Shown here: positions 49,913 to 59,040 of the stretch, piece after piece | How the letters are laid out: every line of letters begins with the position of its first letter | Position numbering within the stretch: position 1 is the first letter of the stretch | NCBI GenBank assembly: GCA_965213705.1 | Contig: OZ243913.1 | Location: 3,392,001-3,456,000 of the forward strand | DNA length: 64,000 bases | Reading direction: 5' to 3' | DNA from: Trueperaceae bacterium | Lineage (GTDB): Bacteria; Deinococcota; Deinococci; Deinococcales; Trueperaceae | Position numbers and translations under genes: made by a program | Notes under the pieces: model-generated | What the model saw: the letters and a program-made list of their open reading frames with translations, nothing else | Database searches by the model: none | Told to the model about the DNA's origin: nothing

Positions 49913-50743
49913 GTGGGCGTCAAGACTCGAGACCGCCTCCTCGACGGACTGGCCTACGCGCTGCTGATTCTCGGCGCGCTCGTGATGGTCGGGCCGTTCG
50001 TGTGGATGGTATCGACCTCGCTCAAAGAGCCCGCCGACCAGTTCACGCGCGCCCTCATCCCCAACCCTGTGACGTTTGAAAATTACACGCGGCTGTGGGA
50101 CATCCTCCCTTTTTCACGCCTCATCTGGAACAGCTTCAAAATCGCTTCGATTGCCACCGTCGGACAACTGCTGACCTGTTCGATGGCCGGGTTCGCCTTT
50201 GCAGCGGTCAGGTTCCGGGGGCGAAACGTGCTATTCGTGATGCTCCTGGTCACGCTGATGATTCCCTTTCAGGTGACGCTGATTCCCAACTTTATCGTTT
50301 ACCGCTGGCTGGGATTGTACGGCACGCAGATTCCCCTGTACCTGCCGTCGTTTTTGGGCGGCGCGTTCGGCACGTTCTTGCTCAGGCAATATTTCCTGAC
50401 CATCCCCACCGAACTCGCCGAGGCTGCCCGCATCGACGGGGCCTCGCTGTGGACGATTTACTGGCGTATCTACCTGCCGTTGGCTCGGCCCGCGCTGGCC
50501 GCCCTGGCGATTTTCACCTTTTTGTTTTCGTGGAATGACTTGTTCGGCCCGCTGATCTACTTGCCGAGCGACTTAGAGAAAACGACCCTACCCGTCGGCC
50601 TGGCCCTCTTCCAAGCGCAGTACAGCGGCCGTTGGACGGTGATGATGGCGGGGGTGTTGGTCAGCATCGCGCCGATTATCGTGGTGTTTTTCTTCGCGCA
50701 AAAGCAGTTTATCGAGGGCATTGCGCTGTCGGGGGGGAAGTAA
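49913..50743 (+). CDS. Carbohydrate ABC permease
   Basis: FGTFLLRQYF, EAARIDGAS, WNDLFGPL. Confidence 0.95.
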   Translation: MGVKTRDRLLDGLAYALLILGALVMVGPFVWMVSTSLKEPADQFTRALIPNPVTFENYTRLWDILPFSRLIWNSFKIASIATVGQLLTCSMAGFAFAAVRFRGRNVLFVMLLVTLMIPFQVTLIPNFIVYRWLGLYGTQIPLYLPSFLGGAFGTFLLRQYFLTIPTELAEAARIDGASLWTIYWRIYLPLARPALAALAIFTFLFSWNDLFGPLIYLPSDLEKTTLPVGLALFQAQYSGRWTVMMAGVLVSIAPIIVVFFFAQKQFIEGIALSGGK

Positions 50744-50764
50744 GAAGCGAGGAATTAACTGTTA

Positions 50765-50792
50765 GCTAAAGGCTAAAAGCCAAAAGCTAAAA
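50765..50792. repeat. Heptamer tandem repeat (4 x GCYAAAR)
   Basis: GCTAAAG GCTAAAA GCCAAAA GCTAAAA just upstream of the GH114 RBS. Confidence 0.7.
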
Positions 50793-50811
50793 GTTCATAA
50801 AGGAGTAGTCA

Positions 50812-52659
50812 ATGAAACGTTGGTTTACAGTCATCTTCATCCTAGCTCTGGCAGGCGTCGCCGTGGCGCAGGAGAGTCCGCGAGAGCGGATTCGGAATCT
50901 CGAGGATTACGTGGTGTACTACGGGAAGGGGAAGCTCGAGGCCCTGTCCACCCATGACCTCGCCATCGTGCAACCGCTCAAGCTGTCTGCGGCGGACGTT
51001 GCGTACTTGCACGAGCGGGGGACGCTCGTCGTCGCTTACTTGAGCCTGGGCGAGGCGGAACCCAGCCGCCCCTGGTACGCGGACGGGCGGGTCGACCCGC
51101 GCTGGCTGTTGCGCAAAAATCAGGACTGGGGCTCGTACCTGGTGGACGTTCGGCAAGCGGGCTGGCGGAAACTCATGGTCGAGCTGACCGGCGAGTTTTT
51201 GGACAAGGGCTTCGACGGGGTTTTTATGGACACCGTTGACACCGTCGTCAGCTATCCCGAAACCACCTCGAGCATGGTTGAGCTGATTAGAACTTTACGC
51301 GCAACCTACCCGGACGCCCTGCTCGTCCAAAACCGCGGTTTTACCGTGATTGACGAGGTCGCAGAGGTCATCGACGCACTCATGTTTGAAAGCCTGACGG
51401 GGTCTTATGATTTCAGCGACGACAGCTACGTCTACGCCGACAACAGCTTTACCGCCGAGCAGATGGTGGATTTGAAAGAGCGCACTGGCCTGGTGATTCT
51501 GGCGCTCGACTACGCCGACACGCCTGCAATGGCCTACCGCGCGGTGGCGGCGGCGAAGGGTTACGGTTTCGTACCCGCCGTCTCGACGATTTTGTTAGAT
51601 GAGATTCCTGAATATGGGTTGGCGGCGGGTGGCCCCGACGACATTCGCGTTACCGACATTTCGGTGCAGAGCGCCGGGACGCAGACGGCGATTGTGGTGA
51701 AGCTCGAGAACGTTGGCCTGAGCCCCTCGGGGCGTGTGCCGGTGAGTCTGACGGTGGACGGCGAGCAGATTGCCACCGAAACGTACGAAAGCTTAGGCAT
51801 CGGCGAGCAAAAAAGCTGGCGCGCGCCTTGGGAGAGTGCGACCGAAACGGCCTCGATACGCGCGACGGCGTTTTCTTTGAGCGATAAAAAAGCGGGGAAC
51901 AACAGCCTCAGTCTCAATCATTTGGCTGAAACGGTTGCCGAAGAACCTATTTTGCCCCCCGACCAGCAAAAGCGTCGCCCCGCGCATAACGGCCCCGACC
52001 TGGTGGCGAAGGCGTTAACTGAGCCGTTGACCATCGACGGCGACCTTTCAGACTGGGACGACATGCCTTGTACTGAGGTGAATACGCTCGAGCAGCTTAC
52101 CCTAGGCGACCCGGACGACTGGACCGGGCCGGACGACCTCGGAAGCCACGTTTGCTACGCCTGGGATGCGGACAATCTCTATGTGGGCTTTGAGGTGATG
52201 GATGACACCTTTGTGCAAACTCACACCGGCTCGTTGCTGTGGCGCGGCGACCACGTGGAACTGTGGTTTGACACGCAACTTCAACTCGACTTTGCTTCGG
52301 CGAAAGCGGGTAGCGACGACTTTCAACTCGGCCTCAGTCCAGGTGACTGCGCGGGCGGGGCCGAGCCGGACATCTTCATCTGGACACCATCGCGCTTGCG
52401 CGAGGAGTATGACGGCGTCATCGAATACGCTGTGCAATGCTCCAACACGGGCTACCGCGCCGAGATGCGTTTGCCCGCCACCGTTTTGACCGGCCTCAAG
52501 CTCGTCACCGGCCACGCCCTCGGTGCAAGTTTCGACCCAAGCGACACCGACACGCTCGGCAGTAGCGAGCAGGAGATGATGCTGTCGACCGCACCCGATA
52601 CGCAATGGGGTACGCCGACACTGTGGAACAACCTCGTGCTCGAGGGCGACCTGCCGTGA
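50812..52659 (+). CDS. Secreted GH114-type endo-alpha-1,4-polygalactosaminidase with CARDB/Ig and CBM9-like domains
   Basis: Signal peptide AVA-Q; VYYG, AYLSLGEAE, GFDGVFMDTVD, LLVQNRGF, LMFES, LALDY; then VKLENVG..VSLTVDG; then IDGDLSDW, WDADNLY, GDHVELWFD. Confidence 0.85.
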   Translation: MKRWFTVIFILALAGVAVAQESPRERIRNLEDYVVYYGKGKLEALSTHDLAIVQPLKLSAADVAYLHERGTLVVAYLSLGEAEPSRPWYADGRVDPRWLLRKNQDWGSYLVDVRQAGWRKLMVELTGEFLDKGFDGVFMDTVDTVVSYPETTSSMVELIRTLRATYPDALLVQNRGFTVIDEVAEVIDALMFESLTGSYDFSDDSYVYADNSFTAEQMVDLKERTGLVILALDYADTPAMAYRAVAAAKGYGFVPAVSTILLDEIPEYGLAAGGPDDIRVTDISVQSAGTQTAIVVKLENVGLSPSGRVPVSLTVDGEQIATETYESLGIGEQKSWRAPWESATETASIRATAFSLSDKKAGNNSLSLNHLAETVAEEPILPPDQQKRRPAHNGPDLVAKALTEPLTIDGDLSDWDDMPCTEVNTLEQLTLGDPDDWTGPDDLGSHVCYAWDADNLYVGFEVMDDTFVQTHTGSLLWRGDHVELWFDTQLQLDFASAKAGSDDFQLGLSPGDCAGGAEPDIFIWTPSRLREEYDGVIEYAVQCSNTGYRAEMRLPATVLTGLKLVTGHALGASFDPSDTDTLGSSEQEMMLSTAPDTQWGTPTLWNNLVLEGDLP

Positions 52660-52699
52660 CAGCTTGAAAAACGAAAACCAATCCGAAAGGAATTCCGAC

Positions 52700-54040
52700 A
52701 TGCCCAAAGTAACCCTTATCGGCGCAGGCAGCGCGGTCTTCGCGGCCGAAATCATGAAAGACATTCTCGTCACACCCGGCTTAGAGTCTGGCACCTTTGC
52801 CCTGGTCGACATCGACGAACGGCGGCTCGAGGTCGCCCACCAAATGGCCGAATGGTTGGTCGAGAAAAGTGCCCGCGACTGGTCGGTAGAGGCTTCGACG
52901 GACAGAGCGAAGGTGCTCAGCGGCACCGACTACCTCGTTAACTCGATTGAGGTTGCGGGACTCGCCAACGTGCGGCACGACTACGACATCCCCATGAAAT
53001 ACGGGGTCGACCAAGCCATCGGCGACACCATCGGGCCGGGTGGTCTGTTCAAGGCGCTGCGAACGCTGCCCGCTTGGCTGGAGATTCTCGCCGACACCGA
53101 ACGCCTCGCGCCGAAGGCGCTGGTGTTGAACTACACCAACCCCATGTCCCTGACGGTGCTGACGGGCGTACGCGCCTCGAGTTTGCCCATCGTCGGGTTG
53201 TGTCACTCGATTCAGCACACGACGCAGCAGTTGGCAGAATACCTGGACGTTCCTTACGACAACATCGACTGGCAAGGCGCGGGCATCAATCACCTCGCTT
53301 GGATTACCAAGCTCGAGCAAGATGGGCAAGACCTCTACCCGGTGCTGCGCAAACGCCTCGAAGAACAGCCCGTGCTTTTTGAGCGCGACCCTGTGCGTTT
53401 CGAGATGATGAAGCATTTGGGCGCGTTTGTCACCGAGTCAAGCGGGCACACGTCCGAGTACACGGCGTATTTTCGCAAGCGCCCCGACCTGATTAAAAAG
53501 TATATGCGGAGCGGTTACTTGGGCGAGAGTGGTTATTACGCTAATAACTGGCCCAAATGGCGCGAAAATCATTTGCAAGAACTGCGAGACATTAGGGTGG
53601 GCAAAGAAAAATACGAACTGAAACGCGGCCCCGAGTACGCCTCGCGCATCATTGAGGCAGTGGAGACGGGCACGCCCCAAGTCATCTACGGCAACGTACC
53701 CAACACCGGACTTATCGACAACCTGCCGCAAAACGGGGTGGTCGAAGTCGCTTGCCTGGTGGACCGAAAAGGCGTGCAGCCGACCCACTTCGGGGCGCTG
53801 CCGACGCAGTTGGCGAACCTAGACCGGCAACACATGGCCTTTCACGACCTGGTCGCGACCGCCGTTTTGGAACAAGACCGCACCGCCGCCGTCCACGCGC
53901 TGATGTGCGACCCGCTGACGGCGGCGGTGTGTTCGCTATCCGAAATACGGCAACTGTTCGATGAGATGGCGGTGGCGGAGAAAGCGTACCTGCCTGCGTT
54001 CGTAAATCTCGGCGCTGAGAAGGAAACGGTGAGGGTTTGA
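52700..54040 (+). CDS. GH4 NAD+-dependent glycosidase (alpha-galactosidase/MelA-like)
   Basis: LIGAGS, IGDTIGPGG, NYTNPM, GLCHS, AGINH, TESSGHTSEY, VVEVAC. Confidence 0.93.
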   Translation: MPKVTLIGAGSAVFAAEIMKDILVTPGLESGTFALVDIDERRLEVAHQMAEWLVEKSARDWSVEASTDRAKVLSGTDYLVNSIEVAGLANVRHDYDIPMKYGVDQAIGDTIGPGGLFKALRTLPAWLEILADTERLAPKALVLNYTNPMSLTVLTGVRASSLPIVGLCHSIQHTTQQLAEYLDVPYDNIDWQGAGINHLAWITKLEQDGQDLYPVLRKRLEEQPVLFERDPVRFEMMKHLGAFVTESSGHTSEYTAYFRKRPDLIKKYMRSGYLGESGYYANNWPKWRENHLQELRDIRVGKEKYELKRGPEYASRIIEAVETGTPQVIYGNVPNTGLIDNLPQNGVVEVACLVDRKGVQPTHFGALPTQLANLDRQHMAFHDLVATAVLEQDRTAAVHALMCDPLTAAVCSLSEIRQLFDEMAVAEKAYLPAFVNLGAEKETVRV

Positions 54041-54114
54041 GGATTGAGTTCCAAGGCCGTTTAGGCTTGCGGCCAAGGGTATGCTGAGGGCTGAACTTTG
54101 TTGAGGCTTAGATC

Positions 54115-55260
54115 GTGCTGAAACCCAAACTGCTCTACTTTCTTTACTACGCCGCTGCCGCCTCGCTGCTGCCTTTTCTAGTGCTTTACTACGAACGTCT
54201 GAGCTTGTCCGGGCAACAGGTCGGCGTGTTGTGCGCGCTTTTACCGCTGGCAACGCTGCTTGGGGTACCGTTGTGGAGCACGGCCGCCGACCTGTTGCAG
54301 CGTCACAAAACCTTGATTTTGGTGGCGGTCGGAGGTGCCCTCGCTGCTACGCTGTTGCCCCTTCTGACGACGAGCTACCTGGGTTTGCTGGTGGTAGTAG
54401 GGGCACTGTCACTGTTTACCGCGCCCATTATGCCACTCGTTGACCACCTGACCCTGACGCTACTTCAAGACCAAAAGAGTCGCTACGGTGCCTTGCGCCT
54501 CTGGGGCGCAGTCGGTTGGGGAGTGGCGGCCCCCATCACGGGTTTTCTGACCGAGCAAAGTGGGCTGCGCTGGGCCTTTTTCGTCGCTTTCGGCTTGCTG
54601 GGCTTGCTCTGGAGCGTGAGCTACACCCTGCCCAAAATCGGGGACGGGCGAGCTACGGAACACGCTCGAGACTTGCGCGGGTTCCTGACGCCTACCTGGA
54701 CGAACTTTCTGCTGGCGGCCTTTACGGGAGGCGTCTGCTTGGCGGTGAGCAGCAACTTTTTATACCTCCACATGGCCGCTTTGGGTATCAGTCCGACCCT
54801 CGTCGGCCTCGCGCTGACGGTCGCCACGGTGAGCGAGCTGCCGGTTTTTTGGTTCTCCGGCCGACTGTTGAAGCGCTATCCTGCCTCGGCGCTGCTCGCG
54901 CTCGCGCTGTTCGTTTTTTCGGTGAGGTCGCTGCTGTATGCGTTCGTGCTCGAACCTTGGCTTCTTTTGGCCGTTCAATTGCTCCACGGCGCGACCTTTT
55001 CGCTGCTGTGGGTCGCGGGAGTAGCTTACGCGGATGAGTTGGCCCCCGGTGGGATGGGCGCGACGGCGCAGGGTTTGTTTACCGCCACGGTTTTGGGGCT
55101 GGGCAGCGCTGTCGGCGCGCTGGTCGGCGGCCTGCTTTACGACGCGCTCGGGGCCGCCGCTATGTTTAAGTGGACGGCCGCTGGCGTACTGGCCGTCTGC
55201 GCCTACACCGTACTTATCCTCTCCAACCGTGCCCCGGTGGGGAAAAGGAAGGTTTACTGA
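54115..55260 (+). CDS. MFS transporter (MFS_1-like)
   Basis: About 12 TM helices; YGALRLWGAVGW, ELPVF, QLLHGATF, ATAQG. Confidence 0.92.
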   Translation: MLKPKLLYFLYYAAAASLLPFLVLYYERLSLSGQQVGVLCALLPLATLLGVPLWSTAADLLQRHKTLILVAVGGALAATLLPLLTTSYLGLLVVVGALSLFTAPIMPLVDHLTLTLLQDQKSRYGALRLWGAVGWGVAAPITGFLTEQSGLRWAFFVAFGLLGLLWSVSYTLPKIGDGRATEHARDLRGFLTPTWTNFLLAAFTGGVCLAVSSNFLYLHMAALGISPTLVGLALTVATVSELPVFWFSGRLLKRYPASALLALALFVFSVRSLLYAFVLEPWLLLAVQLLHGATFSLLWVAGVAYADELAPGGMGATAQGLFTATVLGLGSAVGALVGGLLYDALGAAAMFKWTAAGVLAVCAYTVLILSNRAPVGKRKVY

Positions 55261-55262
55261 GC

Positions 55263-56186
55263 ATGGCTTCCGAATACGACCTGCTCGTCGTCGGTGAAAT
55301 CAATCCCGACCTCGTCTTGCAGGGCGAAGACGTGACACCCACATTTGGACAGGCGGAAAAACTCGTCGACAAGGCGAGTCTGACCATCGGCTCCTCGGCG
55401 GCCATCGCCGCTTGTGGCGCAGCTAGATTGGGGCTTGGCGTGGCGTTCATCGGTTTGGTCGGGGACGACCTGTTCGGCCACTTTATGCTTGAAGCGTTGC
55501 AGGCTCGAGGTGTCGATACGTCCGGCTGCACCGTTACCGCTGCACGCGCCACCGGCTTCAGCGTGATTCTGTCCGAACCCCATGACCGCGCTATCTTGAC
55601 CTTCCCCGGCACCATTACCGAATTGTGCATAACCGATATTGACCTGACTCTGTTGGAGCGAGCCAAACACCTGCACCTGAGCAGCTTTTTCTTGCTCGAT
55701 AAGCTGCGCCCTGACGTGCCCGAGCTGTTCGCACACGCCAAACGCCAGGGCCTGACGACCTCGCTCGACACCAACTGGGACCCGGCAAACAGGTGGCGCG
55801 GCCTAGCGGCAACACTTCGGCACACCGACGTTCTATTTCCTAACCAGCAAGAAGCCTTGCGTATCGCCGGGCGAGACGAACTCGGCCTCGCCCTCGACCT
55901 TCTTGCCGAGCAAGTACCGACGCTGGCGGTCAAATTGGGGCTCGAGGGGGGCGTTGCCCGGCAAGGCGGTCACGAAGTGCGGGCTCCGGTCGTCCCGGTC
56001 GAAGTCGTCGACACGACCGGGGCCGGAGACTCGTTCGACGCCGGCTTTCTCTACGGCTATTTGCAGGGTTGGTCTTTAGAAACAAACTTGCGTTTCGCCT
56101 GCGCTTGTGGTTCGCTCTCGACAAGAGGGATGGGTGGCACAGATCGGCAGGCAACGCTTGAAGAGACTTTAGGTGTTCTAGCATAG
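55263..56186 (+). CDS. PfkB-family carbohydrate kinase
   Basis: VVGEINPDL, IGSSAAI.ACGAARLG, DTNWDP, DTTGAGDSFDAGF. Confidence 0.94.
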   Translation: MASEYDLLVVGEINPDLVLQGEDVTPTFGQAEKLVDKASLTIGSSAAIAACGAARLGLGVAFIGLVGDDLFGHFMLEALQARGVDTSGCTVTAARATGFSVILSEPHDRAILTFPGTITELCITDIDLTLLERAKHLHLSSFFLLDKLRPDVPELFAHAKRQGLTTSLDTNWDPANRWRGLAATLRHTDVLFPNQQEALRIAGRDELGLALDLLAEQVPTLAVKLGLEGGVARQGGHEVRAPVVPVEVVDTTGAGDSFDAGFLYGYLQGWSLETNLRFACACGSLSTRGMGGTDRQATLEETLGVLA

Positions 56187-56379
56187 ATTGTGATAGCGAC
56201 TTGCAACAAGGAGGCTAGCTCAAAGTTAGTGAGTACTTCCAATAGTTCGTAAATCTGTCGACGGAAGCCAAGTTTATCTTTGTGAAGTTTGAGCTGCTAA
56301 AAGCCCTAATTCAATCTGATTTTAAGGTTGGACTACGGCCCGTCTGCCGCGCAATCGAAGCTTCGAACGTTTTAGTTCA

Positions 56380-57229
56380 GAGACTGTTTTAGAATTAGCC
56401 AGTCGCCTCTGATTTAGCTGCCAACCTCCGCACCATCAGGCGAATCATGGCGACGTGGATGAAGGATTCGCCTGTCTGCGGCTTCTGCTCGTAATCAATA
56501 ACCAACCTACGACACTTCAACCACCACGCCAGCGTCCTTTTTACAATCCAGCGTTTGGGCTGGACCTCAAACTTTTCTCTTGGGCGTTTGACAATCTCCA
56601 GCTCCCAGCCATCACGAGCACAGGTCTGAGCGAGGTCTTCACCCGTATAATTCGCATCCGCCCAGATCTTCTCAGGCTTCGGTAGAGAGAGCTTCTTGCC
56701 ACCCAGGCAGGCTTTTGCACCCCAACGTTCACCCACGTTGGCAGGCGTGGTGTAAACAGATAAAAGTAGGCCCAGCGTATCGACCAGAACATGCCGCTTG
56801 CGTCCTTTGGCCTTCTTATTGCCATCGAAGCCACGAAACCGCGCCCCCTCTGCGGTAGTCTTGACACTTTGGCTGTCCAGCACCGCAGCGGATGGGTCAG
56901 GGTGACGGCCCGCTTTCTGGCGCGTTGCTTTGCGCAACGCTTCGTGTACTTTGAACCACATACCTCGTCGTTGTCACTGACGAAAGTGGTAAAAAGCTGT
57001 CTGCCAAGGCGGAAAGTCGGCGGGTAGATAGCGCCATTGGCAACCGGTCTTGAGAACATAGAAGATACCGTTGAGAACGGTTCGGACAGGCCATTTGCGT
57101 CTTCGACCACGTCGCGGTGGGTAGTGGAAGAGGGGCTCGAGAACTCGCCATTCTCGGTCACTCAAATTACTCGGATAGGTATGCTTTTCCATCCGAACAG
57201 GATACACGCTTTATTTACCAAACAGTCTC
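56380..57229 (-). mobile_element. IS5-family (IS1031-like) element; transposase interrupted by an in-frame stop at 56974
   Basis: IRs [78 protein letters not shown]. Confidence 0.92.
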
Positions 57230-57230
57230 T

Positions 57231-57573
57231 AATCGAGTGGGTCGCTTTATTGGAGGGTAGAGGCATTGGCTTTATGAGCCTGCAGGAGTCGATTGACACG
57301 ACCACCTCGACAAGCAAGCTCATTTTCCATATCTTCGGCGCGCTGGCTGAGTTCGAACGTAACCTCATCCGGGAGCGCATCAACGCTTGACTCGCGGCGG
57401 CCAGGGCGCGCGGTCGCAAAGGAGGACGCTCGAAAGCCCTTACCCCCAAGCAGCGGAAACGGGTGGTCGAACTCTACGAGAACAAAGAGGTGTCGGTCAA
57501 AGAACTCTGCACCATGTTCGCCATCTCTAAACCGACGCTTTACAGTTATGTCAGGGAGAGTCAGCATGGCTAA
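57231..57573 (+). pseudogene. tnpR: Serine resolvase C-terminal remnant (5' end lost at IS5, internal stop 57388)
   Basis: SLQESIDTTT..KLIFHIFGALAEFERNLIRER.NA*LAAARARGRKGGR, HTH ISKPTLYSY. Confidence 0.9.
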
Positions 57574-58447
57574 CTTGTATCCAGGGTGTGAAGACTGTAA
57601 GGCGAGTACAGACGATGAGCACTACCTCGTTCACGACGCCGTCTGGTACAAAGCCTGCCCCAACCCTAGCGCGTGGTTGTGCCTTGGCTGTCTGGAAATA
57701 AGGCTGGAAAGGCGGCTGGTCCCGAGCGACTTTCAGCCCATCAACCTCAACTTCAACCCGCTCATCGAGGACAGGTCCGAACGCTTTCAGAACCGGGTGG
57801 GCTTGGACGAATTTCCGGTTCAAAACGACCCCGAGGTGTTCGACGCGATCTACGCCCACTTCCCCTTTCTCAAGAACCATCCCCTGGACTTGAACGGCGG
57901 CTTCATCGACGAGGCGCGCAGCCTGGGGAAGTTGCAACGTCCCGACCTGCTGGGTTTCGTCATGGCCTATGAACTGGAACGCGAACCCTACCCCGGAGAC
58001 TTTCCTTTTCTCACCCCAGAGCAAAACCGGCAGCTCTGCTGTTACCGAGAACTACGACCGGTCATCCCCTGGCCGCAACCCCTCATGGCCCTGGTCCAGC
58101 GAGCAGACGGGCAACTGGTGACGGGGGACATCCAGAAGGTGACGGTGGTGCTTAAAAACGCCGGCAACACCCAGGTGTGGTTTGGAGGTGACACGGCCGT
58201 GCTCTGGGAAGCGTTCTTCGACCGGCAGCTCAAGGCTCGGGATGACCACGCGATACTGATGACGCGACTCTGGGACGTGCTCGAGGCCTACCTTCAGAAA
58301 CAGGGCGTAACGTAGGTCTACACCTACGCGAGTGCCCCTGAGTTTTCAGACGACTGGTATCAACCCTGGTTGGAGGCCAGGGGGTACAGGGTGGCGGGTG
58401 ACAGCCCCAGACCTGCGTTGAGGAAAGAGTTGAGAATTTATGGGTAG
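57566..58447 (+). pseudogene. Transposon cargo gene: Zn-finger-like N-terminus + possible GNAT-like C-terminus, in-frame TAG at 58313
   Basis: CEDC...EHYLVHDAVW...LCLGCLE.RL.RRL; the frame stays open 43 codons past the TAG (VYTY...WYQPWLEARGYR) and stops just before the IR. Confidence 0.6.
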
Positions 58448-58450
58448 GCG

Positions 58451-58487
58451 TAACCGTAGGTTTCTGTTTAAATGCGCCCGCTGGTCC
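58451..58487. repeat. Tn3-family terminal inverted repeat (37 bp)
   Basis: TAACCGTAGGTTTCTGTTTAAATGCGCCCGCTGGTCC; one mismatch to 8410-8446. Confidence 0.85.
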
Positions 58488-58519
58488 GGCTACCGCAGTT
58501 TTCGTTCCAATTCTAGGGA

Positions 58520-58720
58520 TACCCCAAAGTCATCTACCGCCTCATGGAAAAAGGGCTTGCCCTGTTGCCCATCTTGATGCACATTAGCAACTGGAGCCAC
58601 AAGTACCAGCCTGTTGGCGAGGCGTACGCGCCCGGCAACGCGTCGCCTGAATAGAGGGGCCCCGCTCGTTGGGAGAAGCTGATGGCGGAGCTTCGTAGAA
58701 CACATCTGGGTGCGGCTTGA
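58520..58720 (+). pseudogene. HxlR-family regulator C-terminal remnant
   Basis: KVIYRLMEKG(frameshift)ALLPILMHISNWSHKY. Confidence 0.55.
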
Positions 58721-59040
58721 CCGGCGTCTGTAAAGGGTGACATCGCTCTCTCAGACACTTCATAGGCCCGCCGAAGCTCGAGGCGGCGAGCGCTGAAAGT
58801 GGCAAGCAGTGCGCCGACAAAACCTGTCAAGCAGGGTGGCTTGAAGATGTCGAAAGCTTGTGCGCTAACCCAACCGCGTCTTAAGCCCACAGCTACCAAC
58901 CTTTGCTCTGAGATAGAGTTTTGGGCAGTCGACGGCGCACTTTCCTTGAGTCAGCGGTGCCGGCTTGTACGCCCCTTCGATTTCTTGGCGTTCAACAAAA
59001 GACACGCGCGTATTACACTCTACCTACTCGCTGTCGACGG

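Noticed and set aside
57293..57565. N-terminal extension of the 340-aa ORF
   Set aside because: Alternative frame of the resolvase remnant; the likely start is ATG 57566
8410..58487. A single 50-kb Tn3 transposon bounded by the two 37-bp repeats
   Set aside because: The repeats are in direct, not inverted, orientation; both are right-hand ends of separate remnants
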